Below the pieces are notes generated by a model. It did not search any database and was not told the DNA's origin. It was given only the letters and a program-made list of their open reading frames with translations. DNA of 64,000 nt from a virus (lineage: Duplodnaviria; Heunggongvirae; Uroviricota; Caudoviricetes): the IMG/VR virus record IMGVR_UViG_3300031555_007715; one strand, written 5' to 3'. Below, in pieces: positions 29,151 through 39,733 of this stretch; position 1 is the first letter of the stretch, and each line of letters opens with the position of its first letter. The position numbers and the translations under genes were made by a program.

Positions 29151-29720
29151 TTAATACTTTTTGTATAAATTACATTTATTGCAATATATAGATGTGTTAT
29201 CATATTGGACATAATCTCTTAAATAACAATTAATATTATGCTCATGATTTTGATTATTGCATGATGTTGCACAAACGCTTTTAGAACAATTTAAGTTAGG
29301 AAAAAATTTTCCACTACCAAGACAGTCATCACAATATACTTTTCCTGTACCATCGCACACAATACATTTTACATTATGAGGGGCATAGCAAGGATAATTT
29401 TTTCCTTTATATGTGTAATATCCTTTGCCATAACAGGTTTTACAATTGTTGTATATATTTGATGTACCGTTATTACAACCTGCATTACATTTTTTAAGCC
29501 TAAAACTTTTACATGTAGGACATGCCCTTATAACACTTACTTCTCCATCATACGCACAAACAAAGCAGTCGTTTGTATGAATATGTAAATATCCAACATC
29601 GTTACATACAATACATGTTTCGGTGTTATTACTCGCCCAAGCTGTTATTGGAGTAACTATGTTGATGATAAGTGCAATCGATAATAAAACTCCAAATAAA
29701 ATTCTCATTGACTTTTTCAT
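29151..29720 (-). CDS. secreted Cys-rich protein with DnaJ-type C-x-x-C-x-G-x-G zinc-finger repeats
   Basis: signal peptide; CKTCYGKG, CIVCDGTGKV and CDDCLGSGKF repeats; more than 25 Cys. Confidence 0.6.
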   Translation of the reverse strand: MKKSMRILFGVLLSIALIINIVTPITAWASNNTETCIVCNDVGYLHIHTNDCFVCAYDGEVSVIRACPTCKSFRLKKCNAGCNNGTSNIYNNCKTCYGKGYYTYKGKNYPCYAPHNVKCIVCDGTGKVYCDDCLGSGKFFPNLNCSKSVCATSCNNQNHEHNINCYLRDYVQYDNTSIYCNKCNLYKKY

Positions 29721-29754
29721 TAAAATCGCCTCCTAAAGTTTAAAATAATGTTTT

Positions 29755-30087
29755 TTAAAAACCTTTACATGCTAATATTGTTACACCCTTATTATTAACA
29801 CATTCAGTTTTTTTCTCTATTCTTGGATTTACGAACCTCCTATTAATCATATCTTTTAATGCAATGCCATTATTGTAACCGTGAATAACCTTGATATTAC
29901 AATCGTTCTTATTGAGATTAATAATATTGTTTAATAAAATTTTTGCATCTTTTGTACCAAGATTATGTAAATCAACTAGCACGGTGTCAGTTCTTTCTTC
30001 AATTCTAATTCTGTCTAAATCAGCTTTTTTTAAGACAAGAGTTAATCTTGCTAAAAGCTCATTCTCTCTGTTTCCCATAAAAATCAT
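29755..30087 (-). CDS. Smr-domain protein
   Basis: D-L-H-N-L and H-G-Y-N-N-G motifs resembling the Smr DLHG...HGxG signature; start uncertain. Confidence 0.4.
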   Translation of the reverse strand: MIFMGNRENELLARLTLVLKKADLDRIRIEERTDTVLVDLHNLGTKDAKILLNNIINLNKNDCNIKVIHGYNNGIALKDMINRRFVNPRIEKKTECVNNKGVTILACKGF

Positions 30088-30267
30088 CTTTTCTTTTTCA
30101 TAGTTCCATCCTTTCCTATAAAAGCAATGTTGTTTTTGTTTACATTTATATAATACCATATTTTATGGTATCTGTCAATATGAAATCAAATTTTTACTAT
30201 CTGTTTATATGGATTTTTCTGTTTTACAATGGTATAATAGAATAAAAACGGGATTGGAGACGATATT

Positions 30268-32175
30268 ATGCATATTAAGTGTAAAACTAATTATTCGTTT
30301 ATGGTTAAGAAATTTGACAAAAATAATAACAAGGAAACATATAATACATATATATATTGTCAACATTGTCATAATATGAATATGTATGTTGATTTCTTGA
30401 ATTATGAAGAAGATTCTGTTATGCCTGATAAAAAAATAGTTGATGACATTATTAATCATTTTTGGTACATAGATAATTATAATGAATTTTTAGTACAACT
30501 TTCACAAGAAAAAATAAGCAAAAAAAGTCTTGGTAGATATTTAAGTCCTAAGAAAAATTCAAAATGGGAAGATATGATTAATAAAATAAAATTCAAGCAT
30601 AGAACTAAAAAAGAAATTTTATTAACATGTCCCATTTGTGGAAAGATAATAAAAAATAGCGATATGATGGAATTATCTAGAAGCAATAGTTATATTACTC
30701 AAAATTCCTTTATAAAGGAATTTGATATAACAGAGAATGAAGATAAAATAATACTTAGTGTTTATATATATTCAATTTTTCCTGCGGTAGAATATAAAAA
30801 ATTAAAATATACAACAACCAATGTTAGATTTGTATTTAATAAAGACACAAGAAATATATATGCATTTCAACCAATTTGTTGTGAAACAAAAAAGCCTATT
30901 TATAAAGAGGCGAATCGAATTTTAAATATTACTTACTTATCGAATTCTGCTAATTTTTTAACATATTTACAGAGAATTGCTACAAATAATAAAGATGTAT
31001 TAATAAATTTATTGGGGTATTTTGAAAAATATTTTGAGAAGGATAGTGAATTGGATAAAAAAAATATACGATTTAAAGATTTATGTATGTTTTTCAGATA
31101 TCCTATGTACGATTTAAGAACCAGAAATAATATATCGCATATAACTAATATTTATTGTTCAAAAAAGCCATCTATAACACAAAAAAGAAAAGTAACCTTA
31201 CAGGAATTATATTTAATGCAGACTGACATAGATTTTATGTTTAAAATGTTAAAACAAAAAAAATGTCCATTAAAGAAAAAGTTCTTAAAATGTGTTTATA
31301 AAAATCCAACATATATATATCTATATTATTCATTAAAAAAAATGGGGTTCAAGGATTATAATGTTATTTTAGAAATTTTAGAAAATATGAAAGAACCATT
31401 AATTATTGAATTTTTAAGTTATTATGTTGGATTTAGTCCTGATACTTGGACTGAGTATAATTCTAACTTTATTAAAGAAATATCATCATTATTTAAGTAT
31501 TGTATTGAAAAAAAAGGCGAAGTTTATGTTAAAAATAGTTTATTATCATTTGATTCAAGAGAAAGTATCTATATTTATCAGGATATGATAAGTTTATACA
31601 CACAACTTTTAACTTATGAAGATTTTAATATGAATTCTTTTACTAATTTAGATTTTCGACACCTGCATGATACATTTTCATCATTAATTACAAAAATGAA
31701 GTTTAGTAATAGAAAAATTCCATATAAAGCGGATGATTTAAAGCTTAATGATAACATAAATAGTTATAATTTTGTTTTAGCTCCAGATACTTATTCTTTG
31801 GTTGATTGTGGTGAAAAAATGGGAATATGTGTTGGTGGGTATGGTGATAGGGCGGTTAGTAAATCATCAAACATTGTTTTTATTATACATAATAATAAAT
31901 TTGTGGGGTGTATAGAACTTGATAATTCTATGAAGACATTAAAACAAGCAAAGGCAAAATACAATAATTATTTAAGTGGTGATGTTGCTTGTGCTTTTAA
32001 AGAATGGGTTGAAAAATATAATATTAAGGCGGAATCTTGCTATGACTATACAGCGATTGCTGATAAAAAAGATAGAAATTGTTCATATAATTTTTGTGTT
32101 ACGGCGAGATTTGATGATGTTGACGAAATGAATAAGAATGTTGAAGTAAAATATGATTATAATATTATTAATTAA
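30268..32175 (+). CDS. PcfJ-like protein with N-terminal zinc ribbon (paralog 1 of 4)
   Basis: CQHCHN...CPICGK at the N-terminus. C-terminal MGICVGGY....NIVFIIH....CIELD motif shared with ORFs at 42408, 47129 and 54311. Confidence 0.65.
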   Translation: MHIKCKTNYSFMVKKFDKNNNKETYNTYIYCQHCHNMNMYVDFLNYEEDSVMPDKKIVDDIINHFWYIDNYNEFLVQLSQEKISKKSLGRYLSPKKNSKWEDMINKIKFKHRTKKEILLTCPICGKIIKNSDMMELSRSNSYITQNSFIKEFDITENEDKIILSVYIYSIFPAVEYKKLKYTTTNVRFVFNKDTRNIYAFQPICCETKKPIYKEANRILNITYLSNSANFLTYLQRIATNNKDVLINLLGYFEKYFEKDSELDKKNIRFKDLCMFFRYPMYDLRTRNNISHITNIYCSKKPSITQKRKVTLQELYLMQTDIDFMFKMLKQKKCPLKKKFLKCVYKNPTYIYLYYSLKKMGFKDYNVILEILENMKEPLIIEFLSYYVGFSPDTWTEYNSNFIKEISSLFKYCIEKKGEVYVKNSLLSFDSRESIYIYQDMISLYTQLLTYEDFNMNSFTNLDFRHLHDTFSSLITKMKFSNRKIPYKADDLKLNDNINSYNFVLAPDTYSLVDCGEKMGICVGGYGDRAVSKSSNIVFIIHNNKFVGCIELDNSMKTLKQAKAKYNNYLSGDVACAFKEWVEKYNIKAESCYDYTAIADKKDRNCSYNFCVTARFDDVDEMNKNVEVKYDYNIIN

Positions 32176-32237
32176 CTATATACAAATGTTTAAATATGTG
32201 ATATAATATTGTTAAATAATATAGAAGAAGATTATAT

Positions 32238-32990
32238 ATGTATAGAGATTATAAAATTGATACACACACTCATACATTAATAAGCGGTCATGCTTATAAT
32301 ACAGTAAATGAAATGATTTTAGCCGCTAATAAAAAAAATATGGAAGTGCTTTGTTTAACAGAACACGGTCCAATGATACCTGGTGGTCCTAATGCATACT
32401 ATTTTTCTAATTTAAGAATTTTACCAGATAATTATCATAGTGAATATGTACCACATGTTATTTTTGGTATGGAGGCGAATATTTGTAATTATAATGGTGA
32501 TACAGATTATGAAACCATTCATGATGATATAAATGATATCAAATATATCATAGCAAGCTTTCATACTGTTTGTTTGCAACCAAGCACTGTGGGAAATAAT
32601 ACAAATGCTTATATTGGTGCTATTAGAAAGCCTTATGTGACGGTTTTAGGACACATTGATGATGGCAGAGTGCCATGTGATTATGAACAAGTTGTTAAAG
32701 CTGCAAAAAAATATGATGTATTAATAGAGGTAAATAATTCTTCTAATTCTGTTAATTCATTCAGATTAAATTCTCAAAAAAATACGCTGGAGTATTTGCA
32801 GTTATGTAAAGAAAATGGCAATATGATTGTTCTTGGCAGTGATGCTCATTATGAAGGGGATATTGGTAATTTTTCAAATGTTATTCCTTTATTGGAAAAA
32901 GTTAATTTCCCAGAAGAACTGATTATTAATAGAGACACTAAATTATTTATTGACTTTATAGAGAAGAAATACAAAAAAAGATTTTTATAA
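32238..32990 (+). CDS. PHP-domain metal-dependent phosphoesterase
   Basis: N-terminal D-T-H-T-H-T and later H/D metal ligands. Confidence 0.7.
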   Translation: MYRDYKIDTHTHTLISGHAYNTVNEMILAANKKNMEVLCLTEHGPMIPGGPNAYYFSNLRILPDNYHSEYVPHVIFGMEANICNYNGDTDYETIHDDINDIKYIIASFHTVCLQPSTVGNNTNAYIGAIRKPYVTVLGHIDDGRVPCDYEQVVKAAKKYDVLIEVNNSSNSVNSFRLNSQKNTLEYLQLCKENGNMIVLGSDAHYEGDIGNFSNVIPLLEKVNFPEELIINRDTKLFIDFIEKKYKKRFL

Positions 32991-33043
32991 TAATAAGCCG
33001 CCCCTTGTGCATTAGGGACGGCTTACCTTTTTGTTGTTACATT

Positions 33044-34729
33044 TTAGCGAATTTTTACCTTGACGGCAGGAATTAAATTGTTTTCGGATTCAACATATGA
33101 AATTTCAATTTTTGCACCAATCTCGGCAAATACAATATTGAAATCAAGTGTGCTGTTAAAAACAAAAGTACAGTCTTTTTCAGCAATTTTTACATAATAT
33201 GTCGTTGTTCCTTCAACAACTTCACTACCAATATCTGTTATGGTTCCCGAAATGGTTGTTAACTCTTTGTTTGCCAACGAATCTGTTGTATTATGAGTTG
33301 AAAGAGACTTCATATAAGCAGTTTGTGCGTCTACCAATGTCTCTCCAAATCCATATTTCTGATAGTCACCATAAGCAACAAATGCATATCCCGCAAAATT
33401 GTTGTTAATGTCTCTCAGTAACATGAAATATGATTCAACACCTCCAACCTTAAGCGGGAGCGGATATCCTGCGGAGTATTGCATATTTCTAACTTTTCCT
33501 TCGATAGCTTCCTGTGCGCCTTTCTCAGAAATACCCTTTATAACATAATAGGTTATTTCTCCAGTTCTGGAGTTCATCATCATAATTCCATTGGAAGCGT
33601 TCTTCTGAGCAGTGTCTAATACTTTGTTTCGCATACCCGTATAATAATAGCATACGCCATCAATATAAACAACGTCCAAATCGGCAGTCGGTTCAATTAC
33701 TCCAATTTTTTTAATGAAGGAATTACCCCACCCCTTTGCATAAGCGCCATAAATTCTTGCGTATTCCTTAAAGAAACTTTCAGGATAAACACGGTCAACG
33801 TATTCAGGGATGTTGTCTAAGTCATAAAACTCACATTTCTTTGTTTTTGCGTTTAACTCAACAATTCCTGTTACTTCATTAAATCCATTAATGCCAATGG
33901 TGTCATATACGGTTGCAATAAAGAAAAACTCTCCATCATCATTAACCTCAGGAGAAATATCCGTTATACGGCCACCGATATTGTTTTTTCTCATATAATT
34001 GTAAATGATTCTTTTAGCATTGTCACCGAATGGAGCCTGTTCTGTTGTAAATAACGATTCTTCGTTAAATACGAGATTTCTGTTGTTTCTATTGATAATA
34101 AAGTATCCTTCATTACCAGTATCGCTGTCCCATGTAAATATACTTCTCGGCTCAAGCGGAACAACATAGAAAATATCATTTTTAATATTCTGTGTTGTAA
34201 CCTGTGACTCTAACAACTTAAATCTTGAACCCAATGATGGCTTAGCGCCCATTTCTGTTTCAGCCATTTTTAATGCCTCAGGAATTCCTACCAATGGCAA
34301 CTTGGATGTGTCATTGTTTTCACCGAGAAGGTCAGGAAAACAGTCTCCACCATTTTCACCTTCGACAACAGTTACCATTTTTTCAACCTTTGAATACCAC
34401 TTGTTTGCATTTACCATATTAGAGCTGGTGATTCCAGCTATAATAAATGCAACCCATAGAATAGCTGCACCGATAGGTAATATAAGCCAAAACGGTGATG
34501 CATTGACGTCAGCATCAAAAAAGTTGAATGAAACAATTGCCGCAATAGTTAAACCAATACAAATGGTCCACCAAACAGCAGGGCTGTGGAGGGTAAACGG
34601 AGTTTTAGCCAACCACAAAATCCATCCGCATACAGCGATAATTACAGCAAGAACCACAAACATAATTAATACGCTTATTGCGGAATCAGGCATATAATCG
34701 CTAATTCTTTTGTTTCTCGATTTACTCAT
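33044..34729 (-). CDS. polytopic membrane protein with large extracytoplasmic domain
   Basis: start reset to MSKSRNKR after GCGAAGGAGAA; 4-5 N-terminal TM segments. Confidence 0.55.
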   Translation of the reverse strand: MSKSRNKRISDYMPDSAISVLIMFVVLAVIIAVCGWILWLAKTPFTLHSPAVWWTICIGLTIAAIVSFNFFDADVNASPFWLILPIGAAILWVAFIIAGITSSNMVNANKWYSKVEKMVTVVEGENGGDCFPDLLGENNDTSKLPLVGIPEALKMAETEMGAKPSLGSRFKLLESQVTTQNIKNDIFYVVPLEPRSIFTWDSDTGNEGYFIINRNNRNLVFNEESLFTTEQAPFGDNAKRIIYNYMRKNNIGGRITDISPEVNDDGEFFFIATVYDTIGINGFNEVTGIVELNAKTKKCEFYDLDNIPEYVDRVYPESFFKEYARIYGAYAKGWGNSFIKKIGVIEPTADLDVVYIDGVCYYYTGMRNKVLDTAQKNASNGIMMMNSRTGEITYYVIKGISEKGAQEAIEGKVRNMQYSAGYPLPLKVGGVESYFMLLRDINNNFAGYAFVAYGDYQKYGFGETLVDAQTAYMKSLSTHNTTDSLANKELTTISGTITDIGSEVVEGTTTYYVKIAEKDCTFVFNSTLDFNIVFAEIGAKIEISYVESENNLIPAVKVKIR

Positions 34730-34915
34730 AATATTCTCCTTCGCCATCGCATACCACAAGGTATCTCCTGTCTATTCAGGTTTGATTGTTATGTAGTAAG
34801 CTGTACTTAAAAAAAGTATAACTTCTATGTTTATTATATCATAAAAATTATGATGGTTAAATATAATAAAACAGACCGCATAGTTTAAATGCGGTCTGGT
34901 GCGTTTATATGTACT

Positions 34916-35905
34916 TTATTTATAAAAGATATTTGCAATAGGTGAATCTTTTTCAAGAATTAATGTATTGCCATTGTTTGCCTTTAAAGAAATTTTAGCA
35001 GCGTCTAATTCTCTTACGAAAGTATAGAATTCGCTCTTTGATTCATCATTATATGCGTTAGATAAAATCTTCATATATTCAGCCTCGCCGTCCGCAATAA
35101 TTCTTTCTGCTTCAATATTCGCTTCGGCAAGCATAATTGCAACTGTTTTATCTGTTTCATTGATAATTTTTTGTGCTTCTGATTTACCTTGTGCCTCATA
35201 ACTAGCCGCAACATTTGTTCTTTCTGAAATCATTCTTGTATAAACGGCTTGTTTATTTTCATCTGGTAAGTCTAAAACTTTTACTTCGGTTTTTACAATT
35301 TCAATACCGTAGTCACTACAGTCAGGTAAGTTGCTTGCAATTGCCTCTGTTAAAGAAACAATTTTAACAGGGCTAATTTGGTTATCAATAGTAATGTTGA
35401 TGTTTCCATCTCTTGAAACAATTACCTCATCTTGCGTCATTCCAGAAATAGTATTTTTAATGGCATTATACACTATTGTATTTAATCTCGATTCAGCGTT
35501 CATATTGGAACCGCTTAATGTCTTGATAAACTTTTCGGGAGAGGTAACTTTCCAAATAACATAGCTATCAACAATCATTGTCTTTTTATCAGAAGTAATG
35601 ACGTCACTTCTTGCAATATCATAGAACAATAACTGTTTATCAATATTTGTTACGCTTTGGATAAAAGGAACTTTAAATGTAAGGCCAGGTTCGTCTTCAA
35701 CTCTTACAATTGAACCAAACTGTTTGATGACGCTATATTCATTCTCTTTTGTAATGACCATATTTGAAAAGAGAACTATTAAAGCAAAAATAACAATACT
35801 TAAAAGTGTAAATGCGATAAATGGCTTTTTATAATTTTGTTGTTCATTATTTTCTTGCCTTTTTTTTAAAATTTCGTATTCGTCTAAATCAATACCATCG
35901 AACAT
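34916..35905 (-). CDS. SPFH/band-7 protein, HflC-like
   Basis: N-terminal TM then FGSIVRVEDEPGLTFKVPFIQ band-7 core; coiled-coil tail. Confidence 0.7.
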   Translation of the reverse strand: MFDGIDLDEYEILKKRQENNEQQNYKKPFIAFTLLSIVIFALIVLFSNMVITKENEYSVIKQFGSIVRVEDEPGLTFKVPFIQSVTNIDKQLLFYDIARSDVITSDKKTMIVDSYVIWKVTSPEKFIKTLSGSNMNAESRLNTIVYNAIKNTISGMTQDEVIVSRDGNINITIDNQISPVKIVSLTEAIASNLPDCSDYGIEIVKTEVKVLDLPDENKQAVYTRMISERTNVAASYEAQGKSEAQKIINETDKTVAIMLAEANIEAERIIADGEAEYMKILSNAYNDESKSEFYTFVRELDAAKISLKANNGNTLILEKDSPIANIFYK

Positions 35906-35921
35906 AATTATTTATCCTCCT

Positions 35922-36830
35922 TTATTTATTTATATTAACAAGATTATCGAGTGGTAATAAGGTGTTTAAATCATCGTTATCACCTTTGATGATAATTTTC
36001 ATATTTGGTAAAATTTCTTCCATTACTTCGAAGAACATTCGCTCTTTAGTAATTAAAGGATATTTTAAGTATTCGTTATACATTGCATTAAATCTTGCGA
36101 CCTGTCCTTCTGCCTCGGCAACTCTTTTTGCCGCAGTTGCTTCTGCTGCTTGTATAATTTTATCAACATTTGCTTCGGCAGCGGGGAGCTGTTCATTCTT
36201 ATATTTATTTGCATTATTTAATGCTGTTTCTTTTCCTTGCTTTGCAGTTTCTACTGACCTAAATGCTTCATCAACCTCATAAGTTGGTGGTTCTGCGTCC
36301 TGAATAGTCACATTTCTTACAATTAAACCAACATTTAAGGCGTCCATTTTTTCAGTTAACATAGACTTAATATTTGCCTGAATATCTGCCTTTCCTGTTG
36401 TTAATACAGTATCGACAGGATAAGATGCAATTACTGTTCTTATGCAGTTTTGGGAAACGGACTTTAAAATATGTTGTGGTGAATCAGAAGCGTATAAAAA
36501 TGCAATGGGGTCTGACGTTTGATATTCTATGTAAAAGTCAACATTAATGAAGTTATAATCAGATGTAATCATCACTGATTCTTCTGGAATGCTTGCATTT
36601 GTATTTAAGTCATATCCGATTGACATTCCCTTAAGCGTTGTATCAACTTTTTTTACTTTTTGGATAAACGGAATCTTAAAATGTAATCCCGCTTCTGTTT
36701 CAGTTTCTGCTTTACCAAAGGTAGTTATAACGGCAGCATGTTCTTCATCTAATGTGTAATATGAAGTAAATAAGCAAAAAACTCCTAATGCTACCAAGGT
36801 ACAAATAATAATAGTTCGTGCTAATTTCAT
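35922..36830 (-). CDS. SPFH/band-7 protein, HflK-like
   Basis: N-terminal TM then FGKAETETEAGLHFKIPFIQ; Ala/Glu-rich coiled coil. Confidence 0.7.
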   Translation of the reverse strand: MKLARTIIICTLVALGVFCLFTSYYTLDEEHAAVITTFGKAETETEAGLHFKIPFIQKVKKVDTTLKGMSIGYDLNTNASIPEESVMITSDYNFINVDFYIEYQTSDPIAFLYASDSPQHILKSVSQNCIRTVIASYPVDTVLTTGKADIQANIKSMLTEKMDALNVGLIVRNVTIQDAEPPTYEVDEAFRSVETAKQGKETALNNANKYKNEQLPAAEANVDKIIQAAEATAAKRVAEAEGQVARFNAMYNEYLKYPLITKERMFFEVMEEILPNMKIIIKGDNDDLNTLLPLDNLVNINK

Positions 36831-36964
36831 AGAACCTCTCCTTTCTTTTTTATGATACCAGTATACTACTTTTTACGATTTTTGTCTATATTTTTTTTAA
36901 CAAAATATGTACATTGTCTTTTTTTTGTGGTATATAGTTATAAAACACAAAAATAGGAGTATAT

Positions 36965-37714
36965 ATGAATATATTTAAGAGTTCATACATAAGGGAAAAT
37001 ATAGAGAAAACTTTAAAAAAAACAAGATTTGAGCGGGAAAAAGAAATCTATAAAAATGGGATGAAAGAAAATTTAAGAGGCAAAATAGCAGAGAAGGTTA
37101 TTGTTGATTTATGTAATAAGAAAAATAAGACAAATGAAGAACAATATATATTAAAAAATATGTTTAAAAAAGATGTATGTTTTGCTGAGGTATTATCAAA
37201 TAAATATAAATCGGATATAAAAATTACATTTAAGGATGAAACTTGTTCTTATGTTAGCATAAAAAACACAGGTTGTTCGGTTGTTGGTGCATGTGAAGTT
37301 ACATGTGATAGTTTTAATAATTTTTTTAATAACAAAAAACTTGCCAGAGTTATGAAAAAATATGAATCTTTAAGATTTAATTTAACGGAGTTATTAAGTA
37401 AATATCAAAACGACTATAATTATTTAAAACAATTTTTATATAAAAATATAGATAAATATTTGAAGTTTATATTAACAGGAACAGGAGCTAATTTACCACC
37501 TGACTACATAATATTTATTGATAAAAAAAGTGATTACATATATTGTTCATCAATTGATGAATATATAAATAATTTAATTATATATTCGTCATTGGGGTCA
37601 CTGGAGTCACATACCATTATGACAAGAACGTCTGGAAAATATTGCAATTTAAAAATAAAAGTAATGAACCCAATAAAAAATAAAAAAATAATTGAAAAAT
37701 TTATTAATAAATAA
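36965..37714 (+). CDS. hypothetical protein
   Basis: 249-aa ORF; terminator at 37717-37747. Confidence 0.55.
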   Translation: MNIFKSSYIRENIEKTLKKTRFEREKEIYKNGMKENLRGKIAEKVIVDLCNKKNKTNEEQYILKNMFKKDVCFAEVLSNKYKSDIKITFKDETCSYVSIKNTGCSVVGACEVTCDSFNNFFNNKKLARVMKKYESLRFNLTELLSKYQNDYNYLKQFLYKNIDKYLKFILTGTGANLPPDYIIFIDKKSDYIYCSSIDEYINNLIIYSSLGSLESHTIMTRTSGKYCNLKIKVMNPIKNKKIIEKFINK

Positions 37715-37777
37715 AAAGAGCAAGGCACAATATGTCTTGCTCTTTTGAAACATTCAGTTTTTTATCCCCAATAAAAA

Positions 37778-38434
37778 TTATGGAGTTACCTCAGGGTCTA
37801 CTGGGTCAGTGTCTCCTGCTGCTGGTTCAGAAACGGAATCAGAACCTTCAACAGTAGCTTCTGGCTCAACGATATCAGTTAAAGAATCATATACGGACTC
37901 TTTTTCCTGAGCGGTATCAATACCGACCATAGTTTCGTTGGTAATATCATCTTCTACGGATGCAACAGAATCTTCTGCTTCAACATCAACGTTGCTAGTA
38001 ATAGTAAAATTGAACTGTCCAGCCCATTTACCCGCAGAAATGGATTCCATTTCAATAAGACCAGTTTCGGTCTGAGAACCAGTTTCTTTTACACCATTAG
38101 CATAAGAGAACTCGGTAGCAGAAGGAGTTACAGTAGTCTTAATGTCATCTTTACCAGCCTGCTTCATTACAAATTCAGCATCTGGAGTTACTGTGATAAT
38201 ATCGGTACCTGAGATGTTACCTTTAACATCTACTGAATAAGCGCCAGTACCAAGTTTACCGTCAAGGATAATAGTCTTTGGAATAGTTACAGTAAAAGTA
38301 CTACTCTGAGTAGCATATACCTCAACAGCGTTAGAACCTGTTGCCACTTCTGCGGCATTAACACCAACTGGTGCAGCCAAGGCAACAACCATTGCTCCAG
38401 CCAAAAGAGGAGCTATAATTTTGTTTAATTTCAT
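37778..38434 (-). CDS. secreted protein carrying a conserved approximately 110-aa beta-rich domain plus acidic tail
   Basis: signal peptide. The domain YATQSSTFTVTIPK...GNISGTDIITVTPD...SISAGKW...FNFTITS is shared with 39734 and 62280. Confidence 0.6.
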   Translation of the reverse strand: MKLNKIIAPLLAGAMVVALAAPVGVNAAEVATGSNAVEVYATQSSTFTVTIPKTIILDGKLGTGAYSVDVKGNISGTDIITVTPDAEFVMKQAGKDDIKTTVTPSATEFSYANGVKETGSQTETGLIEMESISAGKWAGQFNFTITSNVDVEAEDSVASVEDDITNETMVGIDTAQEKESVYDSLTDIVEPEATVEGSDSVSEPAAGDTDPVDPEVTP

Positions 38435-38698
38435 TTTTTATTCCCCCAATTTAATAATTTTGTTGATATAGTTTCAACAATCACAATTGAAATACTAAAA
38501 AATAGAGTCAATTGTTAATATTATTTTAGCATCAATTTTTTATTATGTCAAACGCCCCAATTCTTAATGATGTAAAATACAATAGTTTAATTGTTGAACT
38601 ATCTTTATATTATCATATTCTTTATTGTTTTTCTAGTGTTTAATAAGAAAAATAAAAGTTATTACAGATTTTTTGTCTATAATAACTCTTGGTTAAAA

Positions 38699-39529
38699 TT
38701 AATTTACTGTTATGGACACTATTTGGTTTGCACCATTACATTTTGCTTGTGTTTCTAAGTCATAACATTCTATTACAAATTTTAATGTATGAACACCTTT
38801 TGATAAAAGAGCATTAAAATCAACTTCTTTTACTTTTCCGTTAGGTATTAATGCTGTTTCTATTAATAGCTCATCATTTTTTGTGTTGTATATTAAGTAT
38901 CTAAAATAAACAGTATTTTCTTCTGGGTTAGAAAGTTTTATTAGTGGGTATTGGTCTGAAACATATAAATTCATATATCCAGGAATAACAGTATTTTCTT
39001 GTTCCTTTATTTGGTCTATTTGATTTTGTGTTAAATCACCATCCCAGTCATTAACATCGTTATCAATTTCGAATTTAGGTGTATTATTTTCCGTAACAGG
39101 AGGGGGTGTATCACCTGTGCTAGAAAGATAAACAATTGCAGCGATTAAGCCTATTCCTATGCCACCAAGAATTATTGGTAGTATGCTTGTGCTTTTAACG
39201 ATTTTTACATATTGATTATCACCTATATAAATATAGCCGACGCTTGATGCATTACTTAATTTATGTACGTTTACTAAAAAAGGTCTTTCATCAACTGTAT
39301 CATTAGAGACGTTTCTTTCAAGTGATAATTCAGCTATTGATTTTTTATCATCATATTTATATTTTTTATTTAAGTTAACTTCTCCAACAATAACAATTTC
39401 GTCATTATTTTTTATATTTTTTTCAAAATATTTGCTTTCATAAAAATTAAAATGAACATTCTTATTTTTATATAGTTTTCCATTTTCGTCTATTGTTTGA
39501 GCATTATATGTTGTTAAATTTTTTATCAT
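38699..39529 (-). CDS. hypothetical membrane-anchored protein
   Basis: central TM segment followed by a PPPVTENNTP linker. Confidence 0.55.
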   Translation of the reverse strand: MIKNLTTYNAQTIDENGKLYKNKNVHFNFYESKYFEKNIKNNDEIVIVGEVNLNKKYKYDDKKSIAELSLERNVSNDTVDERPFLVNVHKLSNASSVGYIYIGDNQYVKIVKSTSILPIILGGIGIGLIAAIVYLSSTGDTPPPVTENNTPKFEIDNDVNDWDGDLTQNQIDQIKEQENTVIPGYMNLYVSDQYPLIKLSNPEENTVYFRYLIYNTKNDELLIETALIPNGKVKEVDFNALLSKGVHTLKFVIECYDLETQAKCNGANQIVSITVN

Positions 39530-39733
39530 AAGTCTTCTCCTTTTTCGTATTTTATCATTGAAGATATTAATTATATATCACACAATTAGTCATATTTCAA
39601 TACATTATGTCATTTTTAAGAATATTTTGTCGAATTATAATTGATATTTTTTTTATTAAATGTTATATTATAAGTGATTAATAAGATTGTAAATATTAAT
39701 GGTTATAAAATAACTCACTTTTTAGGGGGTAAT

